Below, one piece after another: positions 1-9,542 of a DNA stretch of 64,000 bases. Where the stretch lies: NCBI GenBank assembly GCA_043747615.1, contig JAYTOU010000091.1, positions 83,925 through 147,924 of the forward strand. Reading direction: 5' to 3'. Numbering within the stretch: the first letter of the stretch is position 1; each line of letters starts with the position of its first letter. The notes under the pieces were generated by a model. That model had not been told where the DNA came from, did no database searches, and was given only the letters and a program-made list of their open reading frames with translations. The position numbers and the translations under genes were made by a program. This DNA is from Myxococcales bacterium (GTDB lineage Bacteria > Myxococcota_A > Polyangia > Polyangiales > Polyangiaceae).

Positions 1-683
1 TCCTTGTCGGCGCGAAACGCGGCCCAGTCGGCGAGGAGCTTCGTCTTCACCGGTCCTGCGAGGGCCGCGTGTGGGATCTCCATCGTGGCCGAGCTCGTGG
101 GGAGCGGATGCGTGGGCAGCGTTCGGTGCACGTACGGGCCGAGGCGCGCGAGGGCCGCCGCGTTTCCGGCGACGACGAGATACCCGCCGCGCGCGATGGC
201 GATGGCCGTCCGCAGCGTCGCTCCCCCCTTTGGAGAAAAGATGGTCATTCCTCCCTCGCTCTTCGCGGCGTAGCGCGCCCCGTTTCCGTCGACGAGCACC
301 GTTTGAGCGCGACGCGGCTCGACCAGCTTCACCGCGAAGGCATACGCCACGTCGTCATGATCTTGCGCGAGCGCTCCGTACAAAGGCGACGCTCCGTCGA
401 TCTCCGGACCGAGGGACGGATCGATCCCCGCGACCGCGCAAATCAGCCCTCCGGTCGTGGTCGGCAAGAGCGCCGTCGCTCCTCCGATGCCGCGCTGAAG
501 CTTGCTCCACGCCGCGTCCGGCACGGGGACCACCAGCTCGGCGAGGAGACCCTCGGGCGTGGGCAGCGGCGCTTCGGCAGCGAGCAATGCGCCGACGTTC
601 TCACCGGGCGCCGCGTCCTTGCGACACGACGTGCATCCTCCAAACAAGAAGACGAGCGCAGCGGCGAGCGGGATAAGACGCAC
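1..683 (-). CDS. Hypothetical lipoprotein, runs off the window start (not in ORF track)
   Basis: Manual translation from GTG 683: MRLIPLAAALVFLFGGCTSCRKDAAPGE..., lipobox-like LFGGC, open to position 1; TACGTT box 6 nt upstream. Confidence 0.75.
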   Translation of the reverse strand, partial: MRLIPLAAALVFLFGGCTSCRKDAAPGENVGALLAAEAPLPTPEGLLAELVVPVPDAAWSKLQRGIGGATALLPTTTGGLICAVAGIDPSLGPEIDGASPLYGALAQDHDDVAYAFAVKLVEPRRAQTVLVDGNGARYAAKSEGGMTIFSPKGGATLRTAIAIARGGYLVVAGNAAALARLGPYVHRTLPTHPLPTSSATMEIPHAALAGPVKTKLLADWAAFRADK

Positions 684-718
684 GCGCGAAACGTACTACG
701 GACTTGGCGACCGGGCGC

Positions 719-1708
719 TTAGTTCGCGCAGCGGGCACCCAATACGTCGTTGATGCATTTCGTGAAGCCGAGCGCCTTGCAGAAGTAGCTACGCGCTTTT
801 CCGCCGAGGCAGTAGCTCACGCTCGCCCCCTCGCACTTCGCGACCGCGCTCGTGTTGCAGCGTTCGGCAGGAGCGGGGGTGGGCGCGCTGCACGCACCGA
901 TTGCGATCGCGTCTGACCCGACGTGGCAAGAGAGGTTTGCAGCGGCGCAATCGAGGCGCACTTCCCGGCCGTTGTAGCAACCGAGCGCGCTCGTTCCCTC
1001 GCAGACCCGTTTGTCCGGCGTGCATGGGCGATTTGCGGTGGCGCAGCCGGCGCCTTCCGGAGTGCTCACGCATTTCAGCCCGAACGCACCGCAATCGAGT
1101 GAAGCGAGCTTTCCCTTCTCACAACGCAGGATCCGCGTGCCAGAGGTGGAGCACGTGGCGCCCGCCTCTTTCATGTCTGCCGGGCAAGCGCCGAGCGTGC
1201 AGAGCGATTCGCCTTCGCGCACGGCACACTGCTCGCCGCCGCGAGGGCAGTCGCGCACGGCCATCACCTTCTCGTGAAAACAGCTGATGGCGCGGCCATC
1301 GGCATCGCAGAACCCCGCCGAGCCATTTTTTCCCCGCCCGACGCACGTCTCCGGCTTCGCGCCACGGAGCGCGCACGTCCGCAGCGCGCCGCACGAGTTG
1401 GCCCGGAGGCCGCACTCGCGGATGGTGAGAGAAAAGTTCACGGCGCTCGGCGACGTCATCTCGTGCGACATCGTCTTCACGCACGCCCCGAAGTCGCGCG
1501 GGATCATCGACGACGGGATCGCCACGCCTTCACACGACGTGAGGAGCGCACACATGTGCTCGACGTCTTCGATGGCCGGCGGAGACACGTCCGCTTTGGG
1601 AGCGGGCGGACCTGCGTCGGAAGGCGGGGGTGGCGCCGCCTCGGCTATGAGCGCAACGCCCATGGCCGCTCCTAGGACGATCGCGATTTTCAACGTGCGC
1701 TTCAGCAT
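719..1708 (-). CDS. Secreted cysteine-rich repeat protein
   Basis: Signal peptide ending AEA, Pro-rich linker, 30 Cys including four tandem 6-Cys modules. Confidence 0.8.
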   Translation of the reverse strand: MLKRTLKIAIVLGAAMGVALIAEAAPPPPSDAGPPAPKADVSPPAIEDVEHMCALLTSCEGVAIPSSMIPRDFGACVKTMSHEMTSPSAVNFSLTIRECGLRANSCGALRTCALRGAKPETCVGRGKNGSAGFCDADGRAISCFHEKVMAVRDCPRGGEQCAVREGESLCTLGACPADMKEAGATCSTSGTRILRCEKGKLASLDCGAFGLKCVSTPEGAGCATANRPCTPDKRVCEGTSALGCYNGREVRLDCAAANLSCHVGSDAIAIGACSAPTPAPAERCNTSAVAKCEGASVSYCLGGKARSYFCKALGFTKCINDVLGARCAN

Positions 1709-1847
1709 CTAGCTGGGTATTCCCCCTCAGTTGGACGCACTTCGCCAACGCTTTATTCTTCCAACATACCGGTAGACCTGGCAGTTCGCCTCAAAATGGC
1801 GGTAAGGTGCGATGTGCTTAGGTCAAACCTGAGGAGAGTCGCTGGCG

Positions 1848-2405
1848 ATGCTCGACGACGTCCAAATAGAGCTGATTTCATCAATTGCTAAGGCCCAAGA
1901 GGCCCTCAGGCGCGAGCTCACGAAGCTCCGTGCCGGCCGGGCGAGCCCCGCACTGCTCGATGGCATCCGCGTCGACTACTACGGGACCATGACGCCTCTC
2001 ACCCAGATGGCGAACGTGAGCGTCCCGGAGCCGCGCCTTCTCACGGTGAAGCCGTGGGACAAGGGCATGATCAAAGCGACCGAGAAAGCCATTCGCGAAT
2101 CGGACTTGGGTCTGAATCCCCAATCGGACGGGGATCTGATACGCATCCCGCTTCCGCCGCTCACGGAAGAGCGCCGAAAAGAATTCGTCAAGATCGCCAA
2201 GAAGTACGGCGAAGAGTGCAAAGTCTCCATTCGCAAAGGCCGTCACGAAGCCATCGACATGCTCAAACAGGTCGACGAAGACGGCGAAGCAAGCACGGAC
2301 GACGTCGACCGCGCGAAGAAAAAGGTCGAAGACACCGTGGCCGAAGGAATCAAACAAGTCGATTCGATGATTGCTCACAAGGAAAAGGACATCCTTGAAG
2401 TCTGA
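1848..2405 (+). CDS. frr: Ribosome recycling factor
   Basis: 185 aa; LRAGRASP, VDYYG, GLNPQSDG, PPLTEERRKE motifs; GAGGAG SD upstream. Confidence 0.97.
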   Translation: MLDDVQIELISSIAKAQEALRRELTKLRAGRASPALLDGIRVDYYGTMTPLTQMANVSVPEPRLLTVKPWDKGMIKATEKAIRESDLGLNPQSDGDLIRIPLPPLTEERRKEFVKIAKKYGEECKVSIRKGRHEAIDMLKQVDEDGEASTDDVDRAKKKVEDTVAEGIKQVDSMIAHKEKDILEV

Positions 2406-2497
2406 CCGTCTCTTGCGCGGCCTTGACACTCTTGCCGGCCGATGAAATTCTTCATCTTTCCAGTCTGTGTTCATCAGAGTAGGGAGCCAATTCGTTG

Positions 2498-3457
2498 ATG
2501 CGGGCAATCGCAGCCGGGCTGAGCGACGTAGGGCTACAGCGCGAGCACAACGAAGATTCCTTCGTCGTTCTCAAGGAATACGATCTGTTCGTCGTCGCCG
2601 ACGGCATGGGCGGGCACCGCGCGGGCGATGTGGCGTCCAAGCTCGCTACCGAGACGATCAGCGAGTTCTTCAAGTCGACGGCGAACGAAGACGTGACCTG
2701 GCCGTTCCACTTCGACACGAATTTGTCGGAAGAAGAGAACCGCCTCCTCACGGGCATTCGCGTCGCGAACCGCCAAATTTTCGAGCGGAGCACACGCTCC
2801 CGCGAATTTCACGGAATGGGCACCACCGTCGTCGGCGCCATGTTCAGCCCGCGCAAGAAGCGGATGTACATCGGTCACGTCGGCGACTCGCGCTGCTACC
2901 GCGTTCGCAAGGGCAACATCCAGCTGATGACGCGCGATCACTCGCTCATCAACGACTACCTGCTTGCGATGCCCGACCTCAGCGAAGAGCAGCGGAGCGA
3001 GCTCCCGAAGAACGTCATCACCCGCGCACTCGGAATGCAGGATCAGGTGGTCGTCGATCTACAGCATGACAGCCCCGAGGACGGCGACGTCTACGTCCTC
3101 TGCTCCGACGGCTTGTCAGGGATGATCGTGGACGAAGAGATCCAGCGCATCATCACCGGCGCGAACAACATCGGCGAAGCCTGTCGCAAGCTCATCGAAA
3201 AAGCGAACGAGCACGGCGGCGAGGACAACATCACCGCGGTCCTCATCAAGATCGAAGAGCTCCAAGACACCGTGGAAGACGCCGCTCCTCCGTCGGCGGT
3301 CTCCGGTGACGGGCCTACGGTCATCCAGACCAAGGCGGCGATCTTGAATCAAGCCATGCCTCACGAGCAGGCGGCAGCTCCGGAAAATTTCGGCGAAGAG
3401 CCGACGCACCCAGGTGCGGCCGGCGCCTCCGACTCGCTCAACAAACCGAAGCCCTGA
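2498..3457 (+). CDS. PP2C/PPM-family Ser/Thr protein phosphatase (Stp1/PrpC-like)
   Basis: REHNED, VADGMGG, MGTT, HVGDSR, LCSDG, GGEDNIT motifs; disordered C-tail. Confidence 0.95.
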   Translation: MRAIAAGLSDVGLQREHNEDSFVVLKEYDLFVVADGMGGHRAGDVASKLATETISEFFKSTANEDVTWPFHFDTNLSEEENRLLTGIRVANRQIFERSTRSREFHGMGTTVVGAMFSPRKKRMYIGHVGDSRCYRVRKGNIQLMTRDHSLINDYLLAMPDLSEEQRSELPKNVITRALGMQDQVVVDLQHDSPEDGDVYVLCSDGLSGMIVDEEIQRIITGANNIGEACRKLIEKANEHGGEDNITAVLIKIEELQDTVEDAAPPSAVSGDGPTVIQTKAAILNQAMPHEQAAAPENFGEEPTHPGAAGASDSLNKPKP

Positions 3458-3463
3458 GATAAA

Positions 3464-4180
3464 ATGGTCAAAGCGATCTTCACGATCCTCGGCGGGTTCT
3501 GTGTCTACGTCATGGGGACCCTGAGCTACGCGGGGATTGCGCTTCTCATGGGCATCGAGAGCGCGTGCATTCCTCTGCCGAGCGAGCTCATCATGCCCTA
3601 CGCGGGGGCGATGACCGATCCGGCGGTGAACGCGTCCCTCGCATCGACGTTCCACATCGGTCTTCCGATCTTCAACATCTGGATCGCGGCGTTCGCAGGC
3701 GCGATCGGCTGCAACCTCGGGAGCGAAGTCGCGTACTGGGTCGGCGCCACGGGCGGACGCAAGGCGATCGAAAAGTATGGGCGCTTCGTGCTCGTCAGCC
3801 CCCACGAGCTGCAGATCGCCGATCGCTGGTTCGACAAACGTGGCGAGATCATCATCCTCGTTGCCCGGCTCCTGCCGGTGATCCGCACGTTCATCGCTTT
3901 TCCAGCGGGCGTTGCGCGGATGAACCGCACAAAGTTTCACGTCTACACCTTCGTGGGATCGTTTCCTTGGTGTCTCGGTCTGGCGATGGTCGGCCAAAAG
4001 CTCGGCCTCGAGCTGCTCGCAGAGAGCTCGCCGCTCAAGCACTTCATGCACAAGTTCGACGCCGTCATTGGCGGCGTGATCATCCTCGCGGCGATCTTCT
4101 TCGTGCGCTCGCGCCTGAAGGCTCTCAAGAGCTACCGCGACGCCGACAAGCTCGCCGCCGCAGCCGCAACAGAGAAGTAG
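3464..4180 (+). CDS. DedA family membrane protein
   Basis: ESACIPLPSE, GS..AYWVG, RLLPVIRTFIAFPAG motifs. Confidence 0.93.
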   Translation: MVKAIFTILGGFCVYVMGTLSYAGIALLMGIESACIPLPSELIMPYAGAMTDPAVNASLASTFHIGLPIFNIWIAAFAGAIGCNLGSEVAYWVGATGGRKAIEKYGRFVLVSPHELQIADRWFDKRGEIIILVARLLPVIRTFIAFPAGVARMNRTKFHVYTFVGSFPWCLGLAMVGQKLGLELLAESSPLKHFMHKFDAVIGGVIILAAIFFVRSRLKALKSYRDADKLAAAAATEK

Positions 4181-4195
4181 ACCTACAAAACTACG

Positions 4196-4233
4196 ACGCC
4201 GCGAGGGCCCCCTGACGAGGACCTCCGCGGCGT
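4196..4233. terminator. Imperfect GC-rich hairpin between convergent genes, probable terminator
   Basis: ACGCCGCG-AGG...CCT-C-CGCGGCGT inverted repeat between dedA stop (4180) and lipoprotein stop (4254); no clear U-tract. Confidence 0.5.
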
Positions 4234-4253
4234 TCGCGTTGCGCGTTCGGTGA

Positions 4254-5240
4254 TTACTTGGAGATGGTCAGCGTGCCGCTGATGCCGCCGCCTTGCACCT
4301 CGAACTTCGTGGGGATGTCACTCACCATGAAGCTGGGGGTTTCGTTCGTTACGCCGATGCCAAATACGCCGGCGATGTTCGGATCGCCGGCTTTTTCGAG
4401 GTGAGCAAGAAGGGCCGCAGGCACGGTGCCCGTCCCCGCGGACGCATCGAAATTGCAGCTGACGATGACGGCGAATCTGTCGCTGAGCGACTCGTAGGTG
4501 AAGAAAGCCTTGCCCGCTCCCCCTCCCGTCCACGTCGCGACGAGGTCCACCGTGCGATCGACGTCGGGGCAGGTGCTCCCCGTGCAGGCGGGGGCCGTGA
4601 CCGTAATGTCGCTTGGAGCGACGACCGTTTGGGTCGGAATCGCGGGAAGATCCGCGCCGCCAGCGCCCGTCGCGGTGAGCATGTCGCCACCCGCAAAGAA
4701 CTGGAGGCTGCTGGTTACCGACTTATAACCGTTGAACATATAGGGGCCGACGACTTGCGGGCCGTAGGTGAGCGTCGCGGCTCCGGCGTCGCCCGTGCCG
4801 CCGGCGATGGTGATCGTGCCCGCGTTGAGGGTGTTCGGAATGATGCGCATTCCGGCGTCGGTCGCGGGCGGAATGCAAAGTTTGCTCGCAATGCAGGCGC
4901 CCATCGTCACGTTCACCATCTCCGGGCACGGCATCGGGGTGACCGTGGACAACATGGTCCTCTGAAAGGAGGCGTTGGCACTGAAGTCGTAGGTGCCAGA
5001 GAAGTTGAATTGAGTGACGCGGATCAGGCCGACATTGCGCGTCCCCGTACTGCCGTCGCCGCCGCCGCTGTCGCCCCCGCCGCCCCCGTCGCCCCCGCCG
5101 CCTTCACCGCCGGAGCCGCCATCACCCGTCGTTCCGCCGTCGTTGTTCGTGGCGGAGGTCGAAGAGCAGGCGAGAAAACCGCCGCTCGCAGCCGCGAGGC
5201 CAAGGACGCCGAGGCACGTTGCTCTGAAAATTTTGTTCAT
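4254..5240 (-). CDS. Hypothetical lipoprotein with Gly/Asp-rich linker and beta-rich body
   Basis: GGAGG SD then ATG 5240: MNKIFRATCLGVLGLAAASGGFLAC; GDGG repeats; ORF-track start 5336 is too long. Confidence 0.8.
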   Translation of the reverse strand: MNKIFRATCLGVLGLAAASGGFLACSSTSATNNDGGTTGDGGSGGEGGGGDGGGGGDSGGGDGSTGTRNVGLIRVTQFNFSGTYDFSANASFQRTMLSTVTPMPCPEMVNVTMGACIASKLCIPPATDAGMRIIPNTLNAGTITIAGGTGDAGAATLTYGPQVVGPYMFNGYKSVTSSLQFFAGGDMLTATGAGGADLPAIPTQTVVAPSDITVTAPACTGSTCPDVDRTVDLVATWTGGGAGKAFFTYESLSDRFAVIVSCNFDASAGTGTVPAALLAHLEKAGDPNIAGVFGIGVTNETPSFMVSDIPTKFEVQGGGISGTLTISK

Positions 5241-5407
5241 GGTTTCCTCCCGATAAGAGTTCAGATGGGCAGCGTGCCCCAAATCGAAGATGCGCGAGCG
5301 CGCACGGTACATGGACGGCCCGGCGCCGCCCAACATTCAAGTCCTCTCTCCCGGCTCACGAATCCCAGAACGGGGCAGCCCCGGCTCGCGGCTGAACCGC
5401 GCCGGCC

Positions 5408-5436
5408 TTGGGCGTCTTGCGTTTCCGCGGTAGATT
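5408..5436 (+). promoter_or_regulatory. Candidate sigma70-type promoter giving a leaderless mRNA for the mutase
   Basis: TTGGGC-17nt-TAGATT, 6 nt before ATG 5443, no SD. Confidence 0.5.
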
Positions 5437-5442
5437 CCTTGG

Positions 5443-7194
5443 ATGTCGCAAGACGTCGTCGATCCGAAGCCACAACCCCGCGTGACCGAAAAATCGGACA
5501 GCTACACCTCGCAGGGCGAAGTCCCCGGCACGGACCTCGAGGCGCTGCGTGCGGCGACGGTTGCATGGCGAAGAGGCGCGCTCGCGAAGAGCACGGCAAA
5601 GATGCCGCCGAGGCGCGAGCAGTTCAAGACGTCGAGCGACCTCGATGTGCCGGACGTGGTGAACCCTTCGGACGTTCCGATGGACTACGCAAAAGACATT
5701 GGGTTTCCGGGTGAATATCCGTTCACGCGCGGCGTGCAGCCCACGATGTACCGCTCGCGCTTGTGGACGATGCGCATGTTCGCCGGCTTCGGCACCCCGG
5801 AGCTCACGAACACACGTTTTCATTATCTCCTCAAAGAAGGGCAGACCGGGCTCTCCACCGCTTTCGATTTTCCGACCCTCATGGGCTACGACAGCGACTC
5901 TCCACGCTCGCTGGGCGAGGTCGGCATGTGCGGCGTCGCGGTCGACACGCTGAAAGACATGGAGACGCTGTTCGACGGGATCCCGCTCGACAAGGTCACC
6001 ACCTCGATGACCATCAACGGGCCGGCGATCGTCCTTTTGTGTTTCTACATCGCGCTCGCGGACGTCCGCGGCATCTCGAGAAAAGCCATCGGCGGCACGG
6101 TGCAGAACGACTGCCTGAAGGAGTTCATCGCCCAGCACGCGTGGCTCGTCCCGCCGCGGCCCGCGATGCGGATCGTGACCGACATGATCGAGTTCTGCAC
6201 GACGGAGGTGCCACGCTGGAACACCGTGTCGATCAGCGGCTATCACATTCGTGAAGCCGGGAGCACCGCCGCTCAAGAGCTCGCGTTCACGATCGCCGAC
6301 GGCATCGCCTACGTAGAGAGCTGCGTCGAGCGGGGTCTCGACGTCGACGCGTTTGCTCCGCGCCTCTCCTTCTTCTTCGACGTGCACAACGATTTCTTCG
6401 AGGAGATCGCGAAATTCCGCGCCGCACGACGGATCTGGGCGCGTCTGATGAAGGAGCGATTCGGGGCTAAGAACGCCGACTCGATGAAGCTCCGCACGCA
6501 TGCCCAGACTGCAGGCGTGTCGCTCACCGCGCAGCAGCCTTACAACAACGTGGTGCGGGTGGCCCTCCAGGCGCTCGCCGCGGTGCTCGGGGGCACGCAG
6601 TCCCTCCACACCAACTCCATGGACGAGACGTACGCGCTTCCCACCGAGGACGCGGTGACCATCGCCCTTCGCACCCAGCAAATCATCGCTGAGGAGAGCG
6701 GCGTGGCCAGTACCATCGATCCGCTTGGAGGCAGCTATTTCGTAGAGGATCTCACGAACCGCATGGAGGCCGCAGCGATGACCTACATCAAGCGGATCGA
6801 CGAGATGGGCGGTATGGTCGCGGCCATCGAAAAGGGGTACCCGCAGCGCGAGATTGCAGCGAGCGCGTACCGCTTCCAGCGCGAGCTCGAGGCGAACGAA
6901 AAAATCATGGTGGGCGTGAACGCCTACGTGACTGACAAGGATGCGGCCATCCCGCTCCTCAAGATCGACGAGGCGGGGCAGAAGTCACAGATCGACAAGT
7001 TGAAGACCCTGAAGGCGTCGCGCGATGCCGCGAGGGTCAAGGTTTGCCTCGATGCCGTTCGCGTCGCGGCGAGCTCCAAGCAAAACTTGATGGCACCGAT
7101 CATCGACGCCGCGAAGGCGTATGCGACGCAGCAGGAAATCTGCGACGTGCTCCGTGACGTCTTCGGAACGTACACGGACCCGGCAGAGTTTTAG
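5443..7194 (+). CDS. icmA: Adenosylcobalamin-dependent acyl-CoA mutase, substrate-binding (large) subunit, isobutyryl-CoA mutase type
   Basis: [50 protein letters not shown]; no DxHxxG B12-binding domain; family is certain, icmA symbol rests on the F/Q specificity residues. Confidence 0.75.
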   Translation: MSQDVVDPKPQPRVTEKSDSYTSQGEVPGTDLEALRAATVAWRRGALAKSTAKMPPRREQFKTSSDLDVPDVVNPSDVPMDYAKDIGFPGEYPFTRGVQPTMYRSRLWTMRMFAGFGTPELTNTRFHYLLKEGQTGLSTAFDFPTLMGYDSDSPRSLGEVGMCGVAVDTLKDMETLFDGIPLDKVTTSMTINGPAIVLLCFYIALADVRGISRKAIGGTVQNDCLKEFIAQHAWLVPPRPAMRIVTDMIEFCTTEVPRWNTVSISGYHIREAGSTAAQELAFTIADGIAYVESCVERGLDVDAFAPRLSFFFDVHNDFFEEIAKFRAARRIWARLMKERFGAKNADSMKLRTHAQTAGVSLTAQQPYNNVVRVALQALAAVLGGTQSLHTNSMDETYALPTEDAVTIALRTQQIIAEESGVASTIDPLGGSYFVEDLTNRMEAAAMTYIKRIDEMGGMVAAIEKGYPQREIAASAYRFQRELEANEKIMVGVNAYVTDKDAAIPLLKIDEAGQKSQIDKLKTLKASRDAARVKVCLDAVRVAASSKQNLMAPIIDAAKAYATQQEICDVLRDVFGTYTDPAEF

Positions 7195-7197
7195 TTC

Positions 7198-8622
7198 TCA
7201 GCCGACGATGTCGCGGGCGATTTTTTGGGCCTGGCGAATGCAGTCGGGTATGCCAACGCCGTCGTAGGTGTTCGATGCGGTGTGCAATCCGGGAATCTCT
7301 TCGAGGACCGCGCGCAGCTTGCGCACCCTCCCGAGGTGGCCGAGGTAAGGCTGGGGGCTGGCCCGCTCGAAGCGAAATACACTTGAAAATAAGGGCTCCG
7401 CGGTGATCGTCATCATCGACTTGATCTCACGAAGCGCGAGGGCCACGAGGGCGTCGTCGTCTCGATCGAGGATGTCTTCGCGCTCCGCCCCTCCGAGAAA
7501 TACGCGCATGAGAACATGACCTCCGGGTGCGCGATGGCCCCACTTGCTGGAGACCCACGTTCCGGCGAGGACCGCCCTCCCTTCGGCGCGCGGCACGATG
7601 AAACCGCTGGCGTCGAGGGGGTGAGCGACGTCTTGCCTGCGAAACGCGAAGAAGGCGGTGGCCGACGAAGCGTGACCCATGAGCCCGTCGAACGCGTGGG
7701 CGAGCCCCGGGTCCATCGTGCGAACCGCGGACGCACTGACGTACGAAGGAACGGCGAGCACCACGTGATCGGCGATCTCCAGGCCGCCGTCGGTCGTCTC
7801 GACTCCGAAGCGTCCGCGAGCGTCGTCGTGGTCGAGGAGCGAAACCTCCTTCACCCCGACGCTGGTGCGCACGCGGTCCCCGAGCTTTTCGGCGAGCGCT
7901 TCGACGAGACGTGACATCCCTCCATGGAGTGACTCGAACATGCTGGGCGGGCTGTCCGCTTGCGCCGCCGCTGCCTCACGAAGGCGCCGCAGCGCGCGCA
8001 TCGCCTGGATGAGCGATCCATATTTTGCCTCGGCGGCGACGAGCTGGGGAAAGGCGGCACGCACCGAAATCGCTTGGGCGTTGCCGGCGAAGATCCCTCC
8101 GAGGAGCGGGGCGGCGAGGCGATCGGTGACCTGATCGCCGAGCCTTCGGGTGATGAACTCGGCCACCGATTCATCCTCGTCGTCGTGAAAGGTCCGCACC
8201 GGGACGAACGGCTCGAGCGCCATGCGAAGCTTTGCGTCCCACGAGAAGAGTGGGGTCCGGGCGATGGGTCCGATCTCCGTGGGGATCCCGAGGACGAGCC
8301 CCTCGGGCATGAGAAGCAGCTCTCTTTCCCAGGCGATGTAGACCTGGCGATTCGTCTCCACCGTACCCATCAGCTCGTGGCCGAGGCCGAGCCGCTTTGC
8401 CAGGTCGGCGGCGTGAGGCTTCGCTGAGACCCACGAATCGGGACCGCCATCGAGGACGAATCCCCCTCGCTTCTCGGTGATGATCGCTCCCCCGAGGCGG
8501 CCGCTCCGCTCGAGGACGCTGACCTCGATGACCTTTTTTGCCGACGCCGCGAGCTCGAGGATCTCGTACGCGCAGGAGAGTCCAGTGATACCCCCGCCGA
8601 CGACGATCACGCGCTCGCTCAT
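7198..8622 (-). CDS. hemY: Protoporphyrinogen/coproporphyrinogen oxidase, HemY type
   Basis: VIVVGGGITGL FAD motif, DGGPDS, GVGIPDC; ATG 8622 overlaps hemH stop (ATGA). Confidence 0.93.
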   Translation of the reverse strand: MSERVIVVGGGITGLSCAYEILELAASAKKVIEVSVLERSGRLGGAIITEKRGGFVLDGGPDSWVSAKPHAADLAKRLGLGHELMGTVETNRQVYIAWERELLLMPEGLVLGIPTEIGPIARTPLFSWDAKLRMALEPFVPVRTFHDDEDESVAEFITRRLGDQVTDRLAAPLLGGIFAGNAQAISVRAAFPQLVAAEAKYGSLIQAMRALRRLREAAAAQADSPPSMFESLHGGMSRLVEALAEKLGDRVRTSVGVKEVSLLDHDDARGRFGVETTDGGLEIADHVVLAVPSYVSASAVRTMDPGLAHAFDGLMGHASSATAFFAFRRQDVAHPLDASGFIVPRAEGRAVLAGTWVSSKWGHRAPGGHVLMRVFLGGAEREDILDRDDDALVALALREIKSMMTITAEPLFSSVFRFERASPQPYLGHLGRVRKLRAVLEEIPGLHTASNTYDGVGIPDCIRQAQKIARDIVG

Positions 8623-9542
8623 CGCGACTGCGTTTGTGCCGTGGCGAGAAGAGGAGCGGCGACGGCGGCGATGGTGTCGACGAGCGCGTCGGAATCGTTG
8701 AGCGAGGGCACACGGATCGTCTCGAGACCTAGGGCGCGGGCCCACTCGCGGGCCTCGACATCGAGGTCGTAGAGGATCTCGACGTGGTCGGCGAGGAAGC
8801 CGATCGGCGCGAAAATGACTCGGTTTTGGCCCTCCTTGGCGATGTCGCCGAGGGTGGTCTCGAGATTTGGTCCGAGCCATTCCATGCCCGTTCCGATCCC
8901 CTGGCTCTGAAAGGCGACGACGTGCTTCGGGGCGTCTTCTCCGAGAAGCTTCACCACGGCCTCGACGCTCGCGCGAAATTCCTTCTCGTAATGATCGCCC
9001 GAGCGGATGATCGCGACCGGCAGGCTGTGCGCCGAAAAGAGGAGCGTTGTCCTCTTGCGGTCCTGCGTCGAGAGGGGGGCGAAAGTCTTCCGGACCTCGT
9101 TCGCGTAGGCCGCGACGAGCAACGGCGACTGCCCCCAATTCGTTGCACAACGCACGGTCATCGAGCTGCCTAGCTCCGAAACGGCTTTTTTTGCAGCGTC
9201 ACCGTAGACGGCAGCGGAATGCTGAGCGAGCGGCACGACGGCTAGCTCGCTGATTCCTTCGGCGGCGAGCTCCTTCGCCACGTCGGCCACATACGGATGC
9301 CACAGGCGCATCGCGATGCGGGTGGGGATGCCGAGACGAGCCTCGAGCTTCGTTGCGAGCGAGCGTGAGATGTCGAGGAGCGGCGAGCGCCCTCCGATGG
9401 CGGCGTAGCGACGACGGAGCTCGGCGATGAGCTCAGGGGGCGGCGCGTGCCCTCGTCGAATGTTCGTGACGAACGCCGGGAGGTCGTCGAGATTTTCGAC
9501 TGTCCCGTGCGCAACGAGCAGAAGTGCTGATCGCGCGCTCAT
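8619..9542 (-). CDS. hemH: Ferrochelatase, Firmicute CpfC-like
   Basis: IRRG, RYAAIGGRSPL, FSAHSLP, WLGP, PIGFLADHVEILYDLD. Confidence 0.95.
   Translation of the reverse strand: MSARSALLLVAHGTVENLDDLPAFVTNIRRGHAPPPELIAELRRRYAAIGGRSPLLDISRSLATKLEARLGIPTRIAMRLWHPYVADVAKELAAEGISELAVVPLAQHSAAVYGDAAKKAVSELGSSMTVRCATNWGQSPLLVAAYANEVRKTFAPLSTQDRKRTTLLFSAHSLPVAIIRSGDHYEKEFRASVEAVVKLLGEDAPKHVVAFQSQGIGTGMEWLGPNLETTLGDIAKEGQNRVIFAPIGFLADHVEILYDLDVEAREWARALGLETIRVPSLNDSDALVDTIAAVAAPLLATAQTQSR

Noticed and set aside
2423..2451. TTGACA upstream of the PP2C gene as a full promoter
   Set aside because: Perfect -35 but only a weak -10 candidate (AATTCT) at 16-18 nt spacing
5241..5442. Cobalamin riboswitch upstream of the B12-dependent mutase
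   Set aside because: No B12-box or conserved core seen; the -10 box sits 6 nt from the ATG, leaving no leader
8623..9150. Long N-terminal extensions on hemY (also glnE 60282..60797, MATE 13654..13941, kinase 33506..33688)
   Set aside because: They overlap neighbouring real genes; better starts exist at coupled or motif-supported positions
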